Notes: a model not told the origin generated them from the letters alone. A stretch of DNA of 64,000 bases from a virus (IMGVR_UViG_3300027278_000003), one strand, 5' to 3'; positions 37,644 to 47,910 are shown, counted from the stretch's first letter. A program made the numbers and translations.

Positions 37644-38831
37644 ATGCTAGAAATTTACGAAATTTTAGACAGATTTGAAATTTTATATCCAGACAACGAA
37701 GATATCGCAAATCTTCGCCGCGCGTATGTGGATAAAGATTTGCCGAGTATTTTTAAAGTTGTTCGCGACGATGAAGTTGGCGATTATGGCGATTTGGATG
37801 AATTGCGCAAAGCAGTAGTTGAAGAAAATCTATATAGTATATTTCGTGTTCTAGGTCGTTATGTTGATGATGAATTTGTAGAAGAACTTCGCAGCGCCGC
37901 GACAGAAAACAATCTACATAGCATTTTTAGAATTATGGAAACGGTAAACGGGGATGACACCGCACTTGACAATTTACGCCGCGCCGTTACAGAAAAGAAC
38001 ACGCGCTGTATATTCAGACTGGTGGCAAAGTTCAATGTGCCAGAAGTAGAGGACTTACGTGCGGCTGTAACAGAGAAAAACTTACACAGTCTGTTTAGAT
38101 TAATCGATGATGAAGACCTGCGTAAAGTTCTCCTAGAAGACAACATGTGGTCATTGTGGAAGTTACTAGAGAGATATGTAGACACGCAATTCGTACCGGC
38201 ATTAAAATCTTTGATTTCTGTGAATGAAGTCAAATTCAGTCCAGACTGTATGGCACGTGGTCAACTCGCAAGTAAGCGTTGGCTAGTTCGCACAGTAGAA
38301 GATTTTGGCATTGATCTTGGTACTGTATTCTTGTGTGCAGGATGGTATGGTATTCTATCCACTATGATGTTTGAAAGTAAAGTAAAGTTTGACAAAATTC
38401 GCAGTTTTGACATTGACGATACATGCGTAGACATTGCAGAAGTATTTAATAAGCCTTGGTTTAAAAACGAATGGCAATTTAAATCAATAACACAAGATAT
38501 TATGGACATTAATTATAATGAACATACTTGGCAGTATTGGAGTAATGCAAATGATAGAATGAGCCATCCAATTACGGATAATCCAAATACTGTAATCAAT
38601 ACAAGTTGTGAACACATTGAAAATTTTGACGCATGGTGGGAGAAGATACCAGCTGGTATGTTGGTGATACTACAGAACAATGATTTTGTCGAACATGATG
38701 ATGATAGTGTGGTGAACACAATCACAAATGTTGACGAATTCGCTGAAAAACTAAAACTATCGCGTACCATCTTCAAAGGTACACTTGCACTTGAAAAATA
38801 CAATCGATTCATGATCATTGGAAGGAAATAA
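37644..38831 (+). CDS. Class I SAM-dependent methyltransferase-like protein with N-terminal helical repeats
   Basis: GQ..SK.WL, CAGWYG, RSFDID, VINTSCEH; about six LR.AV.E.NL.SIFR repeats. Confidence 0.65.
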   Translation: MLEIYEILDRFEILYPDNEDIANLRRAYVDKDLPSIFKVVRDDEVGDYGDLDELRKAVVEENLYSIFRVLGRYVDDEFVEELRSAATENNLHSIFRIMETVNGDDTALDNLRRAVTEKNTRCIFRLVAKFNVPEVEDLRAAVTEKNLHSLFRLIDDEDLRKVLLEDNMWSLWKLLERYVDTQFVPALKSLISVNEVKFSPDCMARGQLASKRWLVRTVEDFGIDLGTVFLCAGWYGILSTMMFESKVKFDKIRSFDIDDTCVDIAEVFNKPWFKNEWQFKSITQDIMDINYNEHTWQYWSNANDRMSHPITDNPNTVINTSCEHIENFDAWWEKIPAGMLVILQNNDFVEHDDDSVVNTITNVDEFAEKLKLSRTIFKGTLALEKYNRFMIIGRK

Positions 38832-38832
38832 T

Positions 38833-39675
38833 ATGTCTAATAATATTTTTGCACAAATAGAACAAGCAACATGGGAACAGGACGACAGAGACCACACTGT
38901 CAAAAATCGCAGACAATTTAAGGTTCAGGCTGATCCACTTGCACTCGTTGTATATTGGAGAAAGACAAATATTCTTGAGACGTTGATGGGAACTGATATG
39001 CATTACACTTATGACATGTGTAGAGCATTAGAAGGCAATCTGTTTCGAATCACAGATGACTCTTACATTTCAGAATTGTATAAACCTGACGAAGAAAGTA
39101 TCGCAGAAGCAAAACAAATTCGTGATAAATTGTATAAACCTGACGAAGAAAGTATCGCAGAAGCAAAACAAATTCGTGATTATTATAAATCACGTCTCGG
39201 TTTTCGTGCAATGATGAATGAACGTGTCGGTGATTTTGATAAAAAATTGTCCGAGTTTTTGGACCAAGATCGCGGTTACATTCTTGAAGATCAACTTGGT
39301 ATGGTAGTTAAATTGCCAGAAATGTATCAGACTGATTTGGTGTACGATAAACTGCGTGATGAATACACAAGCGTTGCAGTAAAAAAGAAAAACAAGTTTC
39401 ATGCATCGTCAATTGGACCAACCGCTATGCGTCTTCGATATGTGACTAAAACAAAGCACAGGGAAAAACGCCGAAACTATGTAATGTATTGGTTTAGCTA
39501 TGATGGCAAACTTTACAATCTACCAGTAGAAGCGAATAACTATCTGCGTCCATTTATTGAGCGTGAAATCAAGAAGCCAGAATTCGATATCACTGGATAT
39601 GTCAGTGTTGCGCATTTACATCCAAATAGCGATTTTTGGGTATTCAGAATTGGATCAGATTTCGAGGTAATGTAA
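38833..39675 (+). CDS. Hypothetical protein with internal 18-aa duplication
   Basis: LYKPDEESIAEAKQIRD twice. Confidence 0.7.
   Translation: MSNNIFAQIEQATWEQDDRDHTVKNRRQFKVQADPLALVVYWRKTNILETLMGTDMHYTYDMCRALEGNLFRITDDSYISELYKPDEESIAEAKQIRDKLYKPDEESIAEAKQIRDYYKSRLGFRAMMNERVGDFDKKLSEFLDQDRGYILEDQLGMVVKLPEMYQTDLVYDKLRDEYTSVAVKKKNKFHASSIGPTAMRLRYVTKTKHREKRRNYVMYWFSYDGKLYNLPVEANNYLRPFIEREIKKPEFDITGYVSVAHLHPNSDFWVFRIGSDFEVM
39074..39180 (+). repeat. Exact tandem duplication, 54-nt period (53 identical nt)
   Basis: Copies start at 39074 and 39128. Confidence 0.95.
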
Positions 39676-40397
39676 TGAAAGTACGCATATGCAAATATAC
39701 AAATTATTTCGGGCCATATCAACTTGCAGAAAAGTTGATGTTCTGGGTACCAAAAGAAGTAGATGAATACGGTATTAAACGAACCGCGGATCGTGTTCAC
39801 AACTTTGGGGAATGGCTTGCACACGGCAGTGTTCTTCCAGAACCAGAAGTGGGAGAAGAATCTAACGGGTTCAAAGATCGTCCAGAAACTTGGCTTTACA
39901 AATTGCTATCTTGGATTGACAGTAAAAAGAAACGTAAAATAGAAGTGCATATTGATCGTTGGGACACTTGGGGTATGGTGGAAACACTCGGTTATATTAT
40001 CCGTCCTATGCTAAAACAACTTAATGAAAACAAACACGGCGCGCCATTTGTTGACGATGAAGATGTTCCGGAAGAACTACGCAGCACTAGCGCACCACCA
40101 AAAGAAAACGATTGGGATACAGACGACAATCATTTCAAGCGTTGGGATTGGGTGATGGAAGAAATGATTTTTGCATTTGAAAGTCTTGACGGTGGCAGTA
40201 ACGAAAATTGGGAAGAACAGTTTGAGTCAGGTGTATATGATCTAAAATGGATCAAACACGAAGATGGTAACTTCCGAATGACAAAGGGTCTAGATCACAC
40301 TGCGGAAACAGATTGGGATGCACGAAAAGCATACGGTGAACGTATTCAAAATGGCTTCCGTCTATTTGGAAAGTATTATCAATCACTTTGGGATTAA
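39675..40397 (+). CDS. Conserved hypothetical phage protein
   Basis: TAATG coupling; HGAPFVDDEDVPEELR. Confidence 0.75.
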   Translation: MKVRICKYTNYFGPYQLAEKLMFWVPKEVDEYGIKRTADRVHNFGEWLAHGSVLPEPEVGEESNGFKDRPETWLYKLLSWIDSKKKRKIEVHIDRWDTWGMVETLGYIIRPMLKQLNENKHGAPFVDDEDVPEELRSTSAPPKENDWDTDDNHFKRWDWVMEEMIFAFESLDGGSNENWEEQFESGVYDLKWIKHEDGNFRMTKGLDHTAETDWDARKAYGERIQNGFRLFGKYYQSLWD

Positions 40398-40398
40398 C

Positions 40399-40686
40399 AT
40401 GACTTACAAACTTCCAGTACTATATAGTCGTGCAGATGCGAAACAACGCAGAGAAGTCAGAGAACAATATATACAACAGCAAAATGGACTTTGTTACTGG
40501 TGCAATTGTTCTCTTGATGCTGCTCCACCAAAAGAAATAACAAGTAAGAAAATCAATTGGCGATTATTTCCGCCAAACTTTTTACGTTATCCTGTGCATT
40601 TGCAGCACAATCACGGCACTGATTTAACAGAAGGAGCGGTACACGCATACTGCAACGCAGTTATGTGGCAATACCACGGAAGATAG
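40399..40686 (+). CDS. Small His-Me finger (HNH/Endo VII-like) nuclease
   Basis: Q.G.CYWC..L, VHLQHNH, VHAYCN. Confidence 0.6.
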   Translation: MTYKLPVLYSRADAKQRREVREQYIQQQNGLCYWCNCSLDAAPPKEITSKKINWRLFPPNFLRYPVHLQHNHGTDLTEGAVHAYCNAVMWQYHGR

Positions 40687-40687
40687 A

Positions 40688-40858
40688 ATGAATTTAAACA
40701 ACTTGAACGAATCTGAAAAAGATGCTATAATTAAAGAGTTCTTAGAGTTCTTTAATGGGAAAGTTCCAAATCCAGTGAACTATCCCAAGTCGTTTGAGTT
40801 CTATTTAAAAATGTACCAGTTTCACTTGAAAAACAAAAAGAATAAGGAACGTAAATGA
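40688..40858 (+). CDS. Small hypothetical protein, 56 aa
   Basis: Translated by hand; ATGA overlap with folA. Confidence 0.55.
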   Translation: MNLNNLNESEKDAIIKEFLEFFNGKVPNPVNYPKSFEFYLKMYQFHLKNKKNKERK

Positions 40859-41337
40859 TTAGAGCAATTCTAGCATGTGATGATGATTGGGGTATCGGCA
40901 AAGATGGCGACCTACCTTGGCCTCACAATCCAGCGGATTTGAAATGGTTTAAAGAAAAGACTGTAGGTGGGGTTGTTGCAATGGGTAAAGCAACGTGGGA
41001 CAGTCTACCGAATAAACCTCTACCCAAACGTAACAATATTGTGGTCACACGTAGTACTGATGATAAGCGGGGGCCTTATCATTTTCTAACATTCGAACAA
41101 GCAGAAACTCATTTGGTTAGTATGAGTAAGTTGCAAAATGTATGGATTATCGGTGGGGCAAAACTTATTGAAGGTTTGTTACCTATCATCGAAGAATTTC
41201 ATCTGAGTAGAATTAGTGGAACATATGAATGTGATACATTTCTACCCAGCACACCTATTCTTGAAAACTATACATTAGTTAGTAGCGAAATGCAGGGAGA
41301 TGTCTACGTAGACATTTATCGTCGCCGTGATAATTAA
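40855..41337 (+). CDS. folA: Dihydrofolate reductase
   Basis: GIGKDGDLPW, DLKWFK..T, MGKATWDSL..PLPKRNNIV, IIGG, CDTF. Confidence 0.95.
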   Translation: MIRAILACDDDWGIGKDGDLPWPHNPADLKWFKEKTVGGVVAMGKATWDSLPNKPLPKRNNIVVTRSTDDKRGPYHFLTFEQAETHLVSMSKLQNVWIIGGAKLIEGLLPIIEEFHLSRISGTYECDTFLPSTPILENYTLVSSEMQGDVYVDIYRRRDN

Positions 41338-41560
41338 TTGGTCAGTTGAAGACATAAAGACTGAAATCGAAAAGATTGCTTATAATGAATCCGATCCTCG
41401 TATGGATGGGTTCGTAACTTGGGGATGCAAAAAAGACTTGTATGAAATTCTTTGGTTTGTGCAAGAAAAGCTAAGTAAGTGCAGCACATATACTGGTGAA
41501 GAAGATTTCATCAAAAAGCGAAACATTGATAAAATGTGGAAGGTATTAAAAGATGAATGA
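41327..41560 (+). CDS. Hypothetical protein
   Basis: ORF in operon. Confidence 0.7.
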   Translation: MIINWSVEDIKTEIEKIAYNESDPRMDGFVTWGCKKDLYEILWFVQEKLSKCSTYTGEEDFIKKRNIDKMWKVLKDE

Positions 41561-41927
41561 TGAATTGTATCAATTCCTAGCATGTGACTATTATGCCACA
41601 GGCGAAGGCAGAAGCGTGATGCTACTGATTACTCGTGCTTATCCGCACGTTGATGATTACGAAACTCGTGGTAGCTTTGATAATGGTGTTTATACACCCG
41701 GTACACTCAAAAAAGGCATGTCTGATAAAACTATTGCTGCAAGAGAATTTGTGGAACATTTTGGCGGCTATTATCTACAAGGTGCAGAAAACCTACCACG
41801 CGAAGAATTCTTAAAACGGTTTGGACATCACTTGCCCGAATATGTTCATAAAATGTTGAACGCAGAAGGCAACGACCGTCCTGGCAACTTCAACTTCGTA
41901 CAAAGCGTACACTTTAACTATTCATAA
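41553..41927 (+). CDS. Hypothetical protein
   Basis: ORF in operon. Confidence 0.7.
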   Translation: MNDELYQFLACDYYATGEGRSVMLLITRAYPHVDDYETRGSFDNGVYTPGTLKKGMSDKTIAAREFVEHFGGYYLQGAENLPREEFLKRFGHHLPEYVHKMLNAEGNDRPGNFNFVQSVHFNYS

Positions 41928-41939
41928 AAGGTTACTATA

Positions 41940-42128
41940 ATGATTAGATGGTATGATTGGGCTGTAGCACTTTTAGCAGCAGACTTACTAATTGCAAATT
42001 CAAAAGTCGCCATATTCGCGGACGTTTGGTATATGAGTATAATCGGCGGGGTTGCCGCATACTTTGTTTGGGATTTGTGGAATGATACCTATATTCCATT
42101 CAGAAAACGCCAAGAGGAAAACAGATGA
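41940..42128 (+). CDS. Small membrane protein
   Basis: Two hydrophobic segments. Confidence 0.65.
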   Translation: MIRWYDWAVALLAADLLIANSKVAIFADVWYMSIIGGVAAYFVWDLWNDTYIPFRKRQEENR

Positions 42129-42853
42129 TATTAGTAGTTGGTTGTGGTTTTGTAGGTGAAACTGTTGCAGCAAGTCTTGAAGCGGACGAAAAAGAAGTTG
42201 TTCGCATAGACCCAAAGTATAACAATAACAAGATTTCAGACTATCCAAATGCTAGGGGTGCAGTGGTCGCCGTGCCGACACCAACTGTTGAAGGTAAGTG
42301 TGATGATAGTATTATTCGTAGTGTGATTGCAGAAGTTGGCGACATTCCAATTCTTCTTAAAAGCACAGTACCATTCCCAATGATGGAAACATATCCGTCA
42401 AATGTGATTTACAATCCAGAGTTTTTGAGAGCGAAAACAGCAGCAGACGACTTTGCAAATCAAAAGTATTTTATTCTTGGTGGCGGGACAAATCTACAGC
42501 GTTTTTTCTGGAAACAAACATTTGGATATCTTGATGTAGAATTCATAGATACAGATCGTAAAACTGCAAGCATGGTAAAGTACATGCATAATGCATGGCT
42601 TGCTACAAAAGTTGCATTCTTCCATGAAGTATTTTGGCAGATCGGTGAACATTATAATCACGAACAGATGATTGATATTCTTTCTAAGTTTGAAAACATC
42701 GGACCATCACACATGGTCGCTCCAAATGATGAAGGGAAACTTGGATACAGTGGCCACTGTTTCCCCAAAGATACAGAAGCATTCTATGATTTTACTGGAA
42801 GTAGAATTATGCAGAGAGTTATTGAAGTGAATAACTCATTACGGAAAAAATAA
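42125..42853 (+). CDS. UDP-glucose/GDP-mannose dehydrogenase-like protein (short form)
   Basis: VGCGFVG, VPTP, LKSTVP, YNPEFL, KYMHNAWLATKV.F, GYSGHCFPKD. Confidence 0.85.
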   Translation: MILVVGCGFVGETVAASLEADEKEVVRIDPKYNNNKISDYPNARGAVVAVPTPTVEGKCDDSIIRSVIAEVGDIPILLKSTVPFPMMETYPSNVIYNPEFLRAKTAADDFANQKYFILGGGTNLQRFFWKQTFGYLDVEFIDTDRKTASMVKYMHNAWLATKVAFFHEVFWQIGEHYNHEQMIDILSKFENIGPSHMVAPNDEGKLGYSGHCFPKDTEAFYDFTGSRIMQRVIEVNNSLRKK

Positions 42854-43263
42854 TGTTACTTGGTACACGATTAGAATATTGCGTCAGTGATTTGTTACTA
42901 AAGAAAATAAACGTGAATGACGTTTATGCAATCGTGGGCGATACTCGTATAAACTTTCACAACACAGAAGATGCAACACATTGGTGGAATCGTCAGTTGG
43001 ATCCAATGACTTCACACTTGTCACAAGGTAGAAACTCATTACATCTTTATGATTTTGAAGAAGTATATCAATACATTCTTACACTAATTGACAGTGGTAA
43101 GTTAGTATTGCGAGATAAAGCATTGCCATCACATGCATTCGATGCTATGATATCTGATTTGAAAAATCATTGGTATCAGATAAATCTGAGAGAAGTTGAC
43201 ATGGAACCAGCAGTCAAGTTGGCGTGGGAACACTATGTGTTGTTATCGGGATTGTGTAAATAA
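42853..43263 (+). CDS. Hypothetical protein (paralog of 44995-45384)
   Basis: Shared N-terminal G..L..C..D and C-terminal PA.K.AWEHY....LC. Confidence 0.7.
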   Translation: MLLGTRLEYCVSDLLLKKINVNDVYAIVGDTRINFHNTEDATHWWNRQLDPMTSHLSQGRNSLHLYDFEEVYQYILTLIDSGKLVLRDKALPSHAFDAMISDLKNHWYQINLREVDMEPAVKLAWEHYVLLSGLCK

Positions 43264-43910
43264 TGTCAAAACTTTATTTTGGTATATGCCCATATGGTTC
43301 GCTAGTTGATGTGTTCATTAATCTGTTAGCAGGTTGGAGTGATAATTGGTTACAACCCTGCGCCCCAGACATAAACCGCAACGGTTACCCAATACACCGA
43401 GTACATGAACCATATGTGTTACAACTGACTAATAATAAACCGCTAACATTCAGGGATATTGATTGGCGCGGAAGAATGTCGGAAATTGAAGATGTGCTAA
43501 GAAACGCCAACAATAAAGATGTGTGGATAGGTACGTTTGATCCAAGTCAAGCAGAATTAATCAAAAATTATTTTGATGATAATGCAACTATTGTTGGTAT
43601 TTCTTATGGGGCAGACCAACGAGAGGTTGTATTAAATAACGCAATATGCTATTATGATTTATCTGATATAGATGATCCTGTATTACGTCAGCCCATGTAT
43701 TTGCAAAAATATAAGGCAGACAAAGCCAAATGGGATGCGCGTATACCTAAAGAGTTTATACCAGATGCCGAAATTCTATTTGATATTAAAGATTTCTTTA
43801 ATCCAGAAATTTTTATTGCGCAAGTAGAAGCGTTCAATGGTAAACGAAACGAAAAGCAACTTGCTTACTACTATGATTGGTTTTATAAAAATCAAGGAGA
43901 TCGAAAATGA
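43263..43910 (+). CDS. Hypothetical protein
   Basis: TAATG coupling. Confidence 0.7.
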   Translation: MSKLYFGICPYGSLVDVFINLLAGWSDNWLQPCAPDINRNGYPIHRVHEPYVLQLTNNKPLTFRDIDWRGRMSEIEDVLRNANNKDVWIGTFDPSQAELIKNYFDDNATIVGISYGADQREVVLNNAICYYDLSDIDDPVLRQPMYLQKYKADKAKWDARIPKEFIPDAEILFDIKDFFNPEIFIAQVEAFNGKRNEKQLAYYYDWFYKNQGDRK

Positions 43911-44995
43911 AAGTGTCTAAAATACCAGGCTGTGGTAGCTATGGTGTGTTCATAGATGATGTAGATTTTAATACTATGTCAGACGACGAGTGGATGGAAA
44001 TCGGAAAAATCCATATGAAGGAACTCGTAACTATTATCCGAAAAACAAATTTAACGCGGGATAATTATCATTCTTGGATGAAAAAGTGGGGCGACGACCG
44101 CATGACATTCTTTGCACTACTAAAAGAAAAGTATCCAAACTGGGATGGAAAAATATCAAGTATTCCAATGCAATCCGATTGGGATCAAGAAGATATTGAT
44201 TGTGTACTAGGTTTTAGCAGAGTAGTCGAAGGTGGCGGTAGAACAAAAGGTCACATAATCCGTGTTAGTGGCAAAAAGGATGAGCATGGTAATCCGCTTG
44301 GCATGTTTGCAGAGGGGGAACTACTATGGCATAGCAACGAAAGTGGCAACCCTGTATTTGCACCAAATGTATCGCTGCTTGGAGTTGAAGGAACTACTAA
44401 AAGTGCAACTGGTTTCCTGACAACAGTGGACTATTATGAAAGCGTAAGTGAAAGTTTCCGTAGTGAATTAAATGACATGGTTTTATTACACAACTTCACT
44501 CCCGGAAAAATCAATCCCGGTTTAAACGGGTATCAAGATAATATGATGTATAAAAATATGGCTCCATTCCCAAACGAAGAAATTCCGATGGTTATTAAAA
44601 GTCCATACGGTCATGTTGGTCTACACTACAGTTTCAACACTGTGACTGCAATCAAAGATATGTCACAGGCAGAAAGCGACAAGTTATTAGAAAAAATTCG
44701 CAAAGAACTTGAAGTTCCAGAATACATCTACGACCATTGGTATGAACAGGACGGTGATCTATGCTTGTTTGACAATAGTATAACACAACACCGCCGCTTG
44801 GGTGAAACTGACAATCGTTTGTGCCTACGATACCAATATGATCCAAGTCACCTTCAAACTGAACCTTGGATTCCATATCTACAGCAGCCTTATATTGATC
44901 GTTATATTGATCGCATACATTATATTGTACATTCTCTTAAAGGTAACGCATCGTCATATAAACTTCCAAATAAAACTACACAGGAATTGGCATAA
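43907..44995 (+). CDS. TauD/TfdA-like 2OG-Fe(II) dioxygenase
   Basis: ELLWHSNES, H.YEQDGDLCLFDN..TQHRR, RL..R. Confidence 0.8.
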   Translation: MKVSKIPGCGSYGVFIDDVDFNTMSDDEWMEIGKIHMKELVTIIRKTNLTRDNYHSWMKKWGDDRMTFFALLKEKYPNWDGKISSIPMQSDWDQEDIDCVLGFSRVVEGGGRTKGHIIRVSGKKDEHGNPLGMFAEGELLWHSNESGNPVFAPNVSLLGVEGTTKSATGFLTTVDYYESVSESFRSELNDMVLLHNFTPGKINPGLNGYQDNMMYKNMAPFPNEEIPMVIKSPYGHVGLHYSFNTVTAIKDMSQAESDKLLEKIRKELEVPEYIYDHWYEQDGDLCLFDNSITQHRRLGETDNRLCLRYQYDPSHLQTEPWIPYLQQPYIDRYIDRIHYIVHSLKGNASSYKLPNKTTQELA

Positions 44996-45384
44996 TGAAA
45001 ATAGGTCTAAGTTTTTCACGTTGCCTACGTGACATCTATACTGGAAAAGTAAAAGAAGAAGATGTTCTTGTCATTATTGCAAGGACAGACTTTGATCCAC
45101 ATAATGACAATCATTGGTCTTCTATTTGGGATGGTTACGTCTACGGTGGGTTAAGCAATCCAGAATGGTGGGATTTCAAAGATGAACACGACGACTTTAG
45201 ACGTATGGCAGTAAGACTATATGACACTGGAAAGTTGCACCAACCCCGTAAATTCGGCGCACACCCACCAAGACTTCCATACTATTGGTTAGATTGCGTA
45301 GTAACACCAGAAGACACTGAAAATGTTCCTGCTATCAAACAAGCGTGGGAACATTACCAAATGGTTGCCAATCTTTGTTCTTGA
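44995..45384 (+). CDS. Hypothetical protein (paralog of 42853-43263)
   Basis: See paralog. Confidence 0.7.
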   Translation: MKIGLSFSRCLRDIYTGKVKEEDVLVIIARTDFDPHNDNHWSSIWDGYVYGGLSNPEWWDFKDEHDDFRRMAVRLYDTGKLHQPRKFGAHPPRLPYYWLDCVVTPEDTENVPAIKQAWEHYQMVANLCS

Positions 45385-45436
45385 CAACATAGTGCCAGTG
45401 TGCTATATTGACGGCATAAACAACTAGGAGAATAGT

Positions 45437-45820
45437 ATGTCAGGTATGCACTTACTTGGTCCTGCGTATAGCACAACTAACACACGCAAGCGCAAAGCAA
45501 AGAACAAGACAAAAAAACTACTAGCAGCCGAAGCAGAACACGAAAAGTTCTTGCAAAAAATGGGCGTTGGCAAATCAACACACATGCTCTATGACAAGTG
45601 GGGCAAACGTGTTGGCATTAATGAAATTCCGGACTACCGTGAACATCAATCAACTGCGACATTGAGTAATCGGGTTTCGGCCAATGGCGCTGCCCGTGAA
45701 CAACAAAAGTATACAGGTGACGAAATTGCAGGTATCGTTGTTACACACAAAAGCAATTTGATGCCAGTTCGTAAAGATAATAAACAAGCTGCAAAAGATG
45801 CAGCAAGTATGCGGAGGTAA
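45437..45820 (+). CDS. Conserved basic T4-like hypothetical protein
   Basis: KYTG...GI...HKSNLMPV. Confidence 0.75.
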   Translation: MSGMHLLGPAYSTTNTRKRKAKNKTKKLLAAEAEHEKFLQKMGVGKSTHMLYDKWGKRVGINEIPDYREHQSTATLSNRVSANGAAREQQKYTGDEIAGIVVTHKSNLMPVRKDNKQAAKDAASMRR

Positions 45821-45822
45821 TA

Positions 45823-45924
45823 ATGAAGCAGATTTTGGATTATATTTTTAAATCCTCAAACACAACAACAGATTTGAGTAAGCATCGTGTTTATACAATT
45901 CGTTATGAGGACTTGTGCCAATGA
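45823..45924 (+). CDS. Small protein, 33 aa (..DLSKHRVYTIRYEDLCQ)
   Basis: GGAGG SD; ATGA coupling. Confidence 0.55.
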   Translation: MKQILDYIFKSSNTTTDLSKHRVYTIRYEDLCQ

Positions 45925-46112
45925 AGTATGCAGTAAAGATAATGCTTGCCGCCGATGATTGGATTTATATTACAGAAGATACACATGGTAAATGTTGGGA
46001 TCTAAACCCTGTTCTGTTTGAAACACAAGAGCAAGCAGAAGATTTCGCTAAGTCATGGCGCAAACGTGGAAAAGAACGTTACGTACAAGTAGTAGAATAC
46101 GATGCATCCTAA
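45921..46112 (+). CDS. Hypothetical protein
   Basis: ATGA coupling. Confidence 0.7.
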   Translation: MKYAVKIMLAADDWIYITEDTHGKCWDLNPVLFETQEQAEDFAKSWRKRGKERYVQVVEYDAS

Positions 46113-46274
46113 ATTTAAAGAAGCAGTGAGTTGGGCATTTCATTCTGAGGATGAAGATGCTATTCGCAATGAACTTGGTTATGACGGTGACATGGAAACC
46201 GTATATGTTGTAGTTGCACTTCTGAATAAGTTAAAAGCAGATTATGACGAAGTACACTATTGGAGTGAAAGTTA

Positions 46275-46814
46275 GTGCCAGTACATGCGATGATCGACTT
46301 GGAAACGCTGGGAACTAAACCTGACTGTCAAGTTCTTACTATTGGCGGAATCAAGTTCGATCCAAATACTAAGGAAGAACCTTGGAGTGAGTTCTACATG
46401 CAACTTGATATCGATGATCAAGAACACATGGGTAGAAGCGTTGACAATGATACACTTGAATGGTGGGGGAAACAAGAGCCAGAAATCATCGAAGCTGCAT
46501 TTACTCCGCATAATCGTATTCTTCCAAAAACTATGCTTCAAGAATTGAAGAAATGGTGCGTTGGCGTGGATACGTTCTGGGCGCAAGGAGTTTCATTTGA
46601 TATTGTTATCATTGAAAACATGTGCAGAATGTATGATATTCCAATCCCATGGCCATTCTGGAAAGTAAAAGATAGTCGCACGTTGCTTGGTATCGTGTCT
46701 ATGGACCCGCGCAAACGCTACCAGTTTGCTGCACACAATGCACTAGAAGATTGTCGCATTCAAGCAAAGAGTGTACAAGATGCTATTGCAGAACTTGGAA
46801 TTCAAATCAGATAG
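46275..46814 (+). CDS. DEDD 3'-5' exonuclease (DexA/DUF5051-like)
   Basis: MIDLETLG, WAQG..FD, D.RTL, HNALEDC..QA. Confidence 0.9.
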   Translation: MPVHAMIDLETLGTKPDCQVLTIGGIKFDPNTKEEPWSEFYMQLDIDDQEHMGRSVDNDTLEWWGKQEPEIIEAAFTPHNRILPKTMLQELKKWCVGVDTFWAQGVSFDIVIIENMCRMYDIPIPWPFWKVKDSRTLLGIVSMDPRKRYQFAAHNALEDCRIQAKSVQDAIAELGIQIR

Positions 46815-46983
46815 GTGAAACATTGAAGACGTATTGAAATTTATATTTGTGTATCTACTTGGCGCATTCACTGCGATTGGACTGACCGCAATATTGCATA
46901 TTGACAGTTGGGAATATTGTAACGCACGTTACGACAATCCCGAAGATGTGTCAGAATGTCAATGGTTACTACACAATATTTGA

Positions 46984-47012
46984 TTGACATTTATATACGA
47001 ATCGTATATAAA
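46984..47012 (+). promoter_or_regulatory. sigma70-like promoter with CGAATCG
   Basis: TTGACA-17-TATAAA. Confidence 0.7.
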
Positions 47013-47036
47013 AATACACTCAATAAAGGAAAACAA

Positions 47037-47363
47037 ATGACTGACAATGTGATAAACATACGAGACTATTTCGGTAAGAAAGAAGTCAAAGATGATGTGG
47101 AGTATCCACTACCAAGTCTTCCACAATTCGAATTGAGTGCAGGTACACTTGCATTTATGAGAAATACAATTGGTATTCTACGTGAAGAATCCATTGATCC
47201 GATGGAAGATGAAGTATCTGTAGACGTAATACTGCTTTGTATGCTTTTCACTGCGTTAGTGAAACGTACAAGGGGCGAACACGATAACATGTATGATTTT
47301 TTTGGCGATATGAAGCTGATGGTATTTGGCGATTTCGACGACGAGGATGATCAAGATGAATAA
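47037..47363 (+). CDS. Hypothetical protein
   Basis: Behind a GANTC promoter; start refined. Confidence 0.65.
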   Translation: MTDNVINIRDYFGKKEVKDDVEYPLPSLPQFELSAGTLAFMRNTIGILREESIDPMEDEVSVDVILLCMLFTALVKRTRGEHDNMYDFFGDMKLMVFGDFDDEDDQDE

Positions 47364-47907
47364 TATTATTATGGCATTCAAAAATGACGACTCTGATAAA
47401 TATGCTGCAACGACTAATAAGGAAATACTACCAGTGAGCGGAGACATTATCACAGAAGCAGGAAGATCAATGCTTCTTGACAAAATTTCACGACTATTCA
47501 AGCGCAAACCCGAAATTTCGGAACGGATTGCTGCGGCAAGATCGCAGGGTGGACTTGAAGAAAACGAAGAACTACACGGCGCTCTGGAAGACATGCAGCG
47601 TATTGATATTGAAATCTATCGTCTCCAGTCCATGTTGGATGGTGCTACACTACTGCCAAAAATGAAATCCGGTGATTACGAAACTGCGACACACGGTACA
47701 ACTGTAACTATTAAAAACTTAGATACTAATCGCATCGTGTCATACACAATTCTTGGTGAGGTTGAAAGTGACCCATCTGCTGGTATCATTAGTTTTAAAT
47801 CTCCTCTTGGAAAAGAACTACTAGGATCCAAAGTTGGAGATTTCATCGATATTGAACGCGGTGACGATTTCATTGAATATGAAATTCTGAAAATTTTCGT
47901 AAAATAA
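47356..47907 (+). CDS. greA: Transcription elongation factor GreA/GreB family
   Basis: IAAARSQGGLEENEE, YTILGEVESDP..G.ISFKSPLGK.LLG. Confidence 0.85.
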   Translation: MNNIIMAFKNDDSDKYAATTNKEILPVSGDIITEAGRSMLLDKISRLFKRKPEISERIAAARSQGGLEENEELHGALEDMQRIDIEIYRLQSMLDGATLLPKMKSGDYETATHGTTVTIKNLDTNRIVSYTILGEVESDPSAGIISFKSPLGKELLGSKVGDFIDIERGDDFIEYEILKIFVK

Positions 47908-47910
47908 TTG

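Noticed and set aside
40399-40686. Mobile homing endonuclease next to folA
   Set aside because: Only ~95 aa with no DNA-binding extension or intron context; retained as a small His-Me nuclease
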